Origin: Felis catus
Taxonomy: Eukaryota
Assembly (NCBI RefSeq): GCF_018350175.1
Contig: NC_058382.1
Span: forward strand, 42,718,001 to 42,782,000
Length of the DNA stretch: 64,000 nt
Direction: 5' to 3'
This document shows positions 53,401 through 64,000 of this stretch, piece by piece; positions within the stretch are counted from its first letter, which is position 1, and every line of letters starts with the position of its first letter. A program made the position numbers and the translations under genes. Under the pieces are notes generated by a model that searched no databases, was not told the origin of the DNA, and saw nothing but the letters and a program-made list of their open reading frames with translations.

Positions 53401-56400
53401 TACTCCTATTTGTCTATTTGGCAAATATTTATTCCCCTCTCTAGCCTCATCCCAGGCACGCCCTTCTCCATGAAGTCTTTTCTGAATCTTCTCTGATCCC
53501 CTGTGTCCCACACAAGACTCCAAATGCAGCACTACTACTACCTACCCACTCCTTTGGCTTGTGCTTACTACCAACTCACAAGTGCTGTGCCTCCCCCAGC
53601 CCTGCAGCCCCAGGGCCCAGCACAGGGCTAGGCACAGACAGGCAGCATCAGTATCTGAGTGAGTGAGGGCTCTCTGAGCAGCTCTGGTAACTCTCCCACT
53701 TCCTTCTGCCCTGGAAGATTCCAAGCCTTTGTGCTGAGGCCCCTGCTTCTACCTCTCTTTTTACTTCCCTATGACAATGTGGCCTCCAGATTCACCCAGC
53801 AAAGAGGCCACTAGCTTCAGAGGAGCTTCCTCAGCAAACTGCTCCACACTGCCACTTCCTGAGAAGCGACATCCTCCCCACCCTATCGAAGACCAGGCCT
53901 GTATCACCTCAGGTGGCATCCACCATTTCTCACCTCTCTTCTTCATTCATTCACATTCGCCCCTCCTTTATTACTCTCCGCAGCATAAGAACACATTTGA
54001 GACTTCTCCCAATGAAAATCCTTTTGTCAAGTCCCCTCAACCTCTCATCACTGCCCCATTTATTTCCTTCCTTTCGTGGGGAAATTTCTTGCAAAGGAGG
54101 TCAACTGTCTACACTGTCCTTCTTATCTCATTCATTCCTCCACACACCTGGCTTTTCCTCCAGATGCCAAGTGTTGCTGAAGTCACTGGGGACCTCTCTG
54201 GACATTGGACATCACAGACACTATCTGCTCTTTATTTTCTGGACTCTTCATGGGATATGACACTGTTAGTCATCCACTCAACACTGTAAATGCTCTCCAC
54301 TTATGACTTCTGCCCCCTCTTCTCACTGGAATCTCCTCTATGCCTCACTGGTGCCTCCTCCATACCATGCCCTTAGACTGGTGTACTCCCCCTGGGGATT
54401 CTGTGGTCTGCTCTTCCTATGGATCGTCATGTGCTCCCTGGGGCAAGTTACTTAGATCCATGTTTCAACCTCTACCCATTCTGTAATGATACCCAACTCT
54501 GTGTTTATTACTGAGACACTTCTCTTGAACTCCTCATTCAGAAATTCAACAACCAACTGCATCTCACCATCTAGATGTCTCATACTTCAATTTTCCACAA
54601 GTCCAACTATCTTTACACACTAACTAAGCTCAATGATACAGGACAGATTACATGACAACAGACCCTATGTGTATACACACATTTAATGTGTGACAGAGGA
54701 GAAGTCCAACCCAGAAAGGAAGGGGAAGATTATATATAAATGGTATGAGGGCTATTTGAAAACTAATTAGTTTAGTTTCTTATCTGACAGCATAAATCAA
54801 AATAAATTTCGCCAATTAGAAAAATTACTATAAAAATTGAAACCATAAAATAGAAGAAAAAATTGTGTTGTGAACTTAAAACCTCTCTAAAAAATAGAGT
54901 CTAATAAAAAAAAGGAGAGAAATATGAGGTACATCAAATCACTGAGGAGGCAAGGGTCTCCAAATTTAAAAAGCAAGAAAACAAAAGATGTTCAGGATCC
55001 ACAACATAGAAATTTAACCTCTGTATCTCATAAATAAGCACATACCTACAAATCAAATTCAAAGGCAAATATGTTAGGAATATATTTCAATGAATATGTA
55101 AAAGATTAATCTCTTTAATATATAAAAGGTTCATACAAATGGATAAGGAAAATACTACGATGCTAATGATTAAATGGATAAAGAATGTGAATAAACAAGA
55201 GAAGGAAATAGAAATGGTCGGCTAACGAGAAAACTGTTCAACCTCAGGAATATTCAAAGAAGTCAAAATTAAAACAAACAAGGAGCTTTCACTGCTTACC
55301 TTTCAAACTGTCACAGATGTCTGCACGCACTTCTGAGCTGGGCTGTCTCCCCACACCCCGACTCACCCTCTCCAGTCCACTCTGCACTGCAGAGATCTAA
55401 GACACATCACACCTTGTCACTCCCCTGCCTTCACATTCCTTTAAAGGCTCCGTGATGGTAATCAGGATGGAACCCCAGCAATAGTGCCAGTTTGCAGCCT
55501 GACCTCTCTTTAGCTTCATCTCCCACCACTTCTATCTAAGTTCTAGTCACATGGAACTTGTGTGGTCATATCCAGAACTGTTTCACACCTTGGCGCCTTC
55601 ACCTGTGCTGTTACCAGTATGGAAGACCAACCTTCACCCTTATCCTATTCCATGAGGAAACTTTCCCTGATGCTGCTGCTCTCCTTTGGATGCCCTTCTT
55701 CCTGTTCTTGTTGCACCCTTCATTCCAATGTCATAGCACCCAACACATGACATCACGATCACTAACGTATTTGTCTTTCTCCTTCACTGGACTATGAGCT
55801 CCTCTGGGCAGGGGACTATGTCTTATTCATCTGTAAAGTCCCAGCACTGTACCCAGAGCCAAGTATGTACGAACGTAACATATGTGTGAACAAGTGTGCA
55901 TGGATAGATGGATGGATGGATGGATGGATGGATGGATGGATGATGTATGAGCAGGGCCACAAGCAAACTGAAGTGACAGACAACTGAGAATGGGCCAGAT
56001 GAGGGTGGCCACCTTACCTCCCGAAGAGCATTCTGGGCTGCACAGTACCAAGCCCGACTCACGAGGGAGGCCTCTTTCTGATCTGACAGAGGCAGGAAGC
56101 TCAGAATATATGTGAGCATCTGAGGGAAAAAGACAGGACATTGGAAACTGTAAGAACTGGGGGCCTTTGGAACCTTCTCCACCTGGTAGAATAGTAGGTC
56201 TGAGGGGACTGGAATACTGGCTTCTAGTTCATCTTTAATCCTAAGCTTCATGAGATCTTCACTTCCCCTCTCCAGCCTCTAAGGATCTTTCCTGTGAACA
56301 AACCATTCCTGAGCCCCGCCTGGATGCAGGTTTGTACTGATTGATAAAAAGCAAACTTCCCACTCAGTTTGGTAAAAAAGAGCCTGGGCACTGGGACTAG

Positions 56401-59280
56401 ATAAACCTAGTTCAATTGCTTATCTATCACCTGACCTCTCTGAGTCTTGTTTTTCTAATCTGTAAAATGGCAAATGTAGTGAGATCTAAATGGGTTATGG
56501 TGAGCATCAAGTAACGTAGTAAAGGGTCTGGCATAGGACCTCAGACACAGCAAGTCAGGTCTCCTCCTCTGATCTTCAGAAGCCACATCCCATCCACCTG
56601 CCATCACGGGTCAGGCTCTGGGTCTTCCCTCTTTCCCCATCTTCTCCACTGCCAACCCGCTTTCTCAGCTGGCTGTTAAGCTATGATCCCAGCAGGACCC
56701 AGCCCAGGTGCTCAGGCCGTCACTCCACACATGCTCTGTGAGGCTGGAGGCCCTATAAGGGACCGGGAATGGAGTCGCCTGTGAGGCCAGGAATGATCTA
56801 ATATTAACTATTCTTTTCTTCTGGAATCTTCTCTCCTGGACCATTGTGACACTGTGTTTTCCAGGGCTCCACTCACCACTCCAATTGCCCTGTTTCCGGA
56901 TTCTTCTGTGGCACCCAGGGTTCAGACCTGGGTCTTTCAATCTGAGGTTTATTTCCGAGGATAATAAATTTGTTTGCATGGCTTCAACAGTTACCTCTAC
57001 AGGAATAACCAACAATTCAATATCCCCCTATTGTCTCATCATTCATGTGCTGGTCCAGTGTTGCCAATTGTCCACAGGATCCTTCATCTAAATGTTTTAC
57101 TATCACCTTTATCTCAACCAAAATTCATATTCTCAGTCTAAAGCATCCCTTATTCCCAACTTTCCAGTGTCTGAACTTCAATGCCAACAGTGCATCTCAC
57201 CTGAAGATCTTGATACTTTGAACTCTTCGTGCTCTTCTGTCCCTTGCTGTCAGATACAGGTGTACAGCACAAGCTTTAGGCCAGGCTAACTTAGACTCAT
57301 TCAAATCCCCACTCTACTGCTTCTGAGCTCTCTGACTTATGTGGCCTCAGGCAAGGTAATTGACCTCTCTCAGCTTCAGTTTCCATACCATATACATATA
57401 TACAGGTATATATACATATATTTAATAGATATAATGTGCTTGACAACTAGTAGATGTTCCATAAATGGTTGCTGGATTGCTGCTACTAATATTTTTACCA
57501 CTGAAACTTTAGAACCTCAGCAGCCCAGATCTTCATTACCCCAGACGTGGGGCGCTTCTACAGTCTCCCACCTGCCTCCAGGCTCATCCTTGCTAGTCAT
57601 TCTGCACACTGCAACAAGGTTAACTTTCCTAAAAAAAAACAGCATTCAGTCTTAGGATATCCCTGATGAAAACCTGCAGGGTACCCTAATGCCCTGAGGA
57701 CAAAATCTCCACTCTTGGGTCAGCACTGCCAGGCCCTATGCCTGACCGGATCCTTGATTCCAGAGCTTCCCCAGTTCAGTCTCCCCACTGTCCTATAAAC
57801 ATAGCATGCCTATTACTTTTTGCCTATGTGGGTCTCTTTCCTGGAATGCCCTTCTTTAACCTTGACCTCACCAGTGCATTCTAATCTCTTCTTCCTTTCT
57901 TTGATTCCTAGCACCAGAAGGTACTCAGCCAATAATTACTGGATTGAACTAAAGATGGACAGTCCTATATCTCTATTTTCACCAAAGCCCTCTACCTCTA
58001 TTTTCACCAAAGGTTTGCTAAGGGAAGGGATGGGGAGATAAAGCAGATCACTTTACCTGAGAGAAGTACTGGGGACTGGGGAGAACAGCCTTCTAGGCCA
58101 GGAAGGCTAGGCATGGGGAAGAGAACACTGATGAGATTGGGACTGACTAAGCCCCCAATCCCAGGGGAAGGCAGGGAAGCCTATCCAAGCCAAGTTAAGA
58201 CAGTGGCCATCCTGTCTTCTGGGGCTCAGCAACCAACCCAAAAAGCAAAGGGAGAGGGCAGTACACCTGTCCTCTCTGAGGGGAGGGAGCATGATTCTTT
58301 GAACTGAGAAGGGGGTAGCTTTTCTAGAGGGAAGAAGAGGCAGTGATAAGGATGAAGAGGCCATCCCATGAACCCCATCCTAAGGGGCTACTAGAGATAA
58401 AACTGGTCATTCCTAGGATCTACGGAGATGGAACAAACATCCTCTGGAGCCCAGGAGACAAAGGATGCCATGGCAGGGGAGTCAGCGGAGTGGGAGCTGT
58501 CTTATTCTTGCTAAGGAGAAGGACCACCGTTCCAGGGCCAATGAGTAAAGGGTGACTTGCCTCTCACGGACAGCAGGAGGGGGCTGCCAACTCTCAAGGC
58601 AAAAGGGATGGAGAGACCATCCCAAGAGACCGCTGGCAACAAAACCTGTTCTCTGTCTCTGGCCAATGGCGACAGAGTGCTCTTGCTCCAGGCTAAGGAA
58701 AAGGCGCAAACATCCCATGGGGTGAAGGAGGTAGGGGCAGCCATCACTAGGGGCCTAGGGAGTGGGAAGCAGGCCTGTCTTCGGTGAAGTAATTCAGCGA
58801 CTGTGCCTGGAATTGATTGAAGGGGGCAGTTTGCTTCCCACCGCCAGGGGGAGGGGCAAAGGGAATGAAGTGATCACCCCAAAGAGGCCAACGAGGATGC
58901 GGCCGGTTACCCTTCGGGGACGATTGTATGAAACGGACATCTTCCAGAACTGAGGGGGAAGGGGCGGCCATCTCTAGAGAGGTGGGTAGGCTGAGACCCT
59001 GTCCTGGTTGAGGTGACGAGGCAACCAAATCGTGGGGCCGATGGGGGTGGAGAGAATGGTTCCCCCAAGCTAAGGTGATAGGGTGGCCCAAAGGCGGGGC
59101 CGTTACCCATAGCCAGCAGATCCTGGGATCTCCCCGGCGGGTCGTTTCAGCCAGGCGGGCAGAGCCGGGCGAGCTGTCTGACAGCCCCTCCCCACAGCCC
59201 GGGACCCCGAGGGCGGAGCCTGTCCCAAGCTAAGCCTGAGGGCGGACTCCTCTCACCTCCTGGGGCAGCGACTCCGCCAT
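44916..59280 (-). CDS. FBXL9: F-box and leucine-rich repeat protein 9 (LRRC29), full length, 620 aa
   Basis: Exons 59280-59257 (MAESLPQE), 56119-56018 (MLTYILSFLPLSDQKEASLVSRAWYCAAQNALRE), 48202-47210, 46080-45865, 45726-45586, 45391-45174, 45084-44916 (1863 nt, all GT-AG, no internal stop). Many LxxLxLxxC cysteine-containing LRRs. Ends SRFVGGADLTLTL*. Confidence 0.88.
49585..49693 (+). mobile_element. short carnivore tRNA-derived SINE with a 13-bp TSD and a (GGGAA)n-converted tail
   Basis: GGGGCACCTGGCTGGCTCAATCGG...GAGTTCAAGCCCCAC. TSD AGAAATGGGGGCC at 49572-49584 and 49694-49706. Confidence 0.85.
50356..50403. repeat. (GT)24 microsatellite
   Basis: Directly visible. Confidence 0.95.
51351..51366 (+). 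promoter_or_regulatory. candidate CTCF site
   Basis: CTAGCAGGGGGCGCTG, one mismatch to the core consensus. Confidence 0.55.
51600..55900 (+). mobile_element. cluster of degenerate L2 LINE fragments in FBXL9 intron 2, interrupted by an L1 fragment
   Basis: L2-like segments (e.g. CCTGGCTTTTCCTCCAG, TTCTCTTGAACTCC..., 3' end GGGCAGGGGACTATGTCTTATTCATCTG). Boundaries approximate. Confidence 0.55.
54620..55310 (+). mobile_element. old L1 (L1M-type) fragment
   Basis: Abrupt A-rich block. AAAGATTAATCTCTTTAATATATAAAAGG and AAAACTGTTCAACCTCAGGAATATTCAAAGAAGTCAAAATTAAAAC resemble the decayed 3' part of L1 ORF2. Confidence 0.6.
55907..55942. repeat. (GATG)n tetranucleotide repeat at an L2 tail
   Basis: Directly visible. 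Confidence 0.9.
56380..56550 (+). mobile_element. MIR SINE fragment
   Basis: CCTCTCTGAGTCTTGTTTTCTAATCTGTAAAATGG matches the MIR core. Confidence 0.6.
57270..57470 (+). mobile_element. MIR SINE
   Basis: TTCAAATCCCCACTCTAC...GGCCTCAGGCAAGGTAATTGACCTCTCTCAGCTTCAGTTTCC. Confidence 0.65.
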
Positions 59281-59502
59281 CGCGTCCCAGCCGCCACCGC
59301 CCCCGTGCAAGCCTTTCTGGGAAATGTAGTCTTACCGACTTTCGGGGGGAGGGTCTTGGGAAGGAAGTGGATCCCCCACTTCCGTCACAGTTGTGACGAT
59401 TTGGGTCTGCACCGGAAGTGCCTGTGCTGCCGATGTGGTACCTTTTGACCGCGGTTTCGGTCGCTCTGCCTTGTTTTCCTTGCTGGGTGTTTGCGTCGCG
59501 CC
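59281..59502. promoter_or_regulatory. bidirectional FBXL9/TMEM208 promoter
   Basis: 222 nt between divergent ATGs. ZNF143-type motif (minus GACTACATTTCCCAGAAAGGC, 59311-59331). ETS sites ACTTCCG at 59378-59384 and CCGGAAGTG at 59412-59420. Confidence 0.85.
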
Positions 59503-61468
<1,966 letters not shown>

Positions 61469-61939
61469 CCACTGACATTATGGCCACAGGCTGCACGGCC
61501 CCCATGCCAGGAGCAAGGAGGGCCTCGTCCAGGGCCCAAAGGCGGTCTAAGGTATAGGATTGTTAAATAAATGGCTCAGAATGTGGCTAATGGCTGTGTG
61601 GGTGATAATGAGGGCGAGACAGGAAGAGCCAGTCGTTTGGTATTAGCCTCCTGCTATAGACTAAGTGTGGTACCTTCAAAGAAGGAAGAGAGTCTTGGAT
61701 TGGCTAGGAAAACTTTATTATACTCCATGCATTCAGGGAGCTCATACAAGTACATATACACACACAAACACACAATTGCATACAGGCACACACAGCTAAT
61801 ACTGCTCAAGGCACTGTCCCCTGGGCACACAGTGGCCTTAGGGTTGAGAAAAGGCCCAGAATTCTGCTTTGATTCCTCCTCATTCTCTAGTCTCTTACAT
61901 TGCAGGCTGAGGCCCGTCCATGTCCTAGAGGCAGAACCT

Positions 61940-64000
61940 TCACACCTCCAGGCCAGGACCCTTGCTCAGTCCCAGTGCCTGCACCAGGTCCTCTCCGAGC
62001 CCGCTCTTCAATGTCCGTCTCACTGCAGGAACAGAGCAGAGTTAGAGAGGGTTGATGTGGTTAAGGCGGGTAGTGGGCGTTTGGGGAGTACTCACAAGAC
62101 TTGCGGTTGCCACGGGACCGCTTGCGCTCCCGAGCAGCTAAGGCACGAGGACTGCTCTTGGTCACTGACTGTACCAGCAGGTCCATGATCTCATCTGAAG
62201 TGTCACTGGGTAAATTGGAGACTGGGGGTTCTTCTGGGGGTGCAGTGGAGGGCCCCATTGCTGTAGGCATGACTGGGGAGGTGCTCTGGACCATTCCTGA
62301 GAGAGGCCAGATAGAGAAGTCAGGATAATGTGACCCCAAAGCCCATTGCCCCCAGTGGCCATAGGTCCCACCTCTGCTGCGGCGGCCATGTGTGGTGTCC
62401 TCCGGCTTGCTGGTCAGCAGACTCTTCATGCTGGCATGACTGTCAGCATCACCCCGCCCTGGCCCACTGCCCACAGCCACTGGGACAGATGGGTTGCTGG
62501 GGACTTCCCCAGCCACACCTGAGAACTTTTCTGTCTGTAGAGGGGAGAAGGGTGAGCTGGGCGCAGGGGAAGGAAACCACGGGGGTGGCAGTCCAAACCT
62601 GGAAAAGGTACCTACCTCAGTGATCATGCGGCCCCGTGTCTTGTTGCGCTCACGGTACGTGGCCCGCTTTTGCTGCTGCTGTAGCACCCGTTCCCGGCAA
62701 GTCCGATACTCCAGTGCAAACTCACGCAGCGTGTGGCAGAACTGCATGATGCGCACTTCCCGGGCTGCCTGGGCCGTGTACCCCAGGTACAACAGGAAGG
62801 CATGGAACCTAGGCAGGTTGGGGTGGGGAGGGATGGTGAGTCCTGCTTAGGGTGTGAGGGATGGTGATAGCAGTCCTGCCCTCTGCCCATGTCCCCACCT
62901 GTTGCAGACACGGCGGTGTACTACCCGCAGCATGGCAACACGGCGGCCACACTGGGCCAGGAAGTGGGTGAGGCGGGCACGTAGGGCTGGGGCCAGCTCG
63001 TGTTTGGCCAAGTTCCGTAGACTCTCCTCAGCTGCCCGGCTCCGACGCTCCAGCTGCCCCAGGTTCTCAGTCAGCTGCTCAAAGTCCACCTGGAAAGGCA
63101 GGGGGTATGCATGTTGTCCCCCCAAAGACAGGCACCACCTGAGGCTGCCTCTGTCAGGCCAGCCAGTCTGGTCCCTAGAGGTATAGAGAGCCAAAAAGCC
63201 TCCGCCTGCCCTCCAAAAGCTCACAGTCTAATCCAGGAAAGAGACAAGTCCATTTGATCTAATGGGGAATGGAAAAGCTCTCTTGAGGGAAGTGGTGGCT
63301 AAATGAAGACCCAAAGACAGTAGGTGTAGCCAGGCCAATAGAGGAAAGAATGTTTCTGGCAGAGGATACAGCCCACACAACACCTGTAGCTGAGCATACT
63401 CTGGCACAGTAGCCCGAACACGGAGGAAAAGCCAGCCCCAGAAAGCAGCACTCCCTTTTGCCATGGCTGGTCTTAGTCAAGCCTCTGGCTGGTGCTAACC
63501 TTGGCACAGCGAGTCAGGGCAGGTATTTCTGAGTAGAGGTCAGAGGAATCAGGCCGGGTCTGGAGAACCAAGGAACAGAGATGGTGCAGCAGTGACTGTC
63601 GGCGCACTGTATCCTTCACCTCGGACACCTTCTCCAGGTAGCTCAGCTCAAAGCCGCTGCTCTGAAAGGACCCCATCTGAGCCTGGGCCTAGCAGGCTCC
63701 AAAGCCCTGGCCCCCAGCCCTCATGCACTCCCACTAACCTGGGAACCGTTGAGGAAGTTGCCCACAGCCAACAGGGTGGCCAGGATACAGCGGAAGGTGG
63801 CATTTTGCACCAGCTGTTCCATGCCCACTTTCAGGTCAAATAGCGGCTCTGCGATTTCCTGGAGTGGGAGACAAAGGACTCTCAAACTACCTGGTCCTTG
63901 TGCTCACCTGCCCCACTTCCTGCCACATGCCATGACCTAAGTACCCGTTCCATGCTGTCATAGTCCAGCTTGAAGGCCCAGAGTTGTAGGCGTGCGGCCA
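61940..64000 (-). CDS. FHOD1: FH1/FH2 domain-containing protein 1, 3' part (end of FH2 plus DAD); the gene continues beyond the window
   Basis: Exons >64000-63945, 63858-63739, 63661-63500, 63089-62899, 62808-62616, 62534-62372, 62296-62096, 62022-61940. FH2 motif [19 protein letters not shown]; [11 protein letters not shown]; basic [17 protein letters not shown]; ends KGPGLEV*. Minus-strand AATAAA at 61719-61714. Confidence 0.96.

Noticed and set aside
61571-62188. 205-aa plus-strand ORF
   Set aside because: Antisense to the last FHOD1 exons and 3'UTR, and it begins right at the TMEM208 poly(A) signal.

Overview
Mammalian genomic DNA from a feliform carnivore, inferred from a SINEC_Fc-type Can-SINE with target-site duplication. 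The gene order matches my recollection of human 16q22.1. The window holds TRADD non-coding exon 1 (-), FBXL8 (+), HSF4 (+), NOL3/ARC (+), MATCAP1/KIAA0895L (-), EXOC3L1 (-), E2F4 (+), ELMO3 (+) with antisense intronic MIR328 (-), a full-length F-box+LRR gene FBXL9/LRRC29 (-), TMEM208 (+) and the 3' end of FHOD1 (-). I traced exon chains by hand through splice sites; reading phase is consistent throughout. Three N gaps are present, two of which hide coding sequence (HSF4, TMEM208). I found no wholly new system. The strongest observations are: an intact 620-aa FBXL9, whose human orthologue I recall being classed as a pseudogene; miR-328 doubling as an ELMO3 3' splice site and lying downstream of FBXL9; a U12 AT-AC intron in E2F4 whose retention creates a stop codon exactly at the junction; a dual-frame HSF4 exon; closure of the Nop30 frame in NOL3; and a (TTAGGG)4 telomere-type unit in a short EXOC3L1 intron. 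Gene names and cross-species comparisons come from remembered orthologue sequences, not from database searches.
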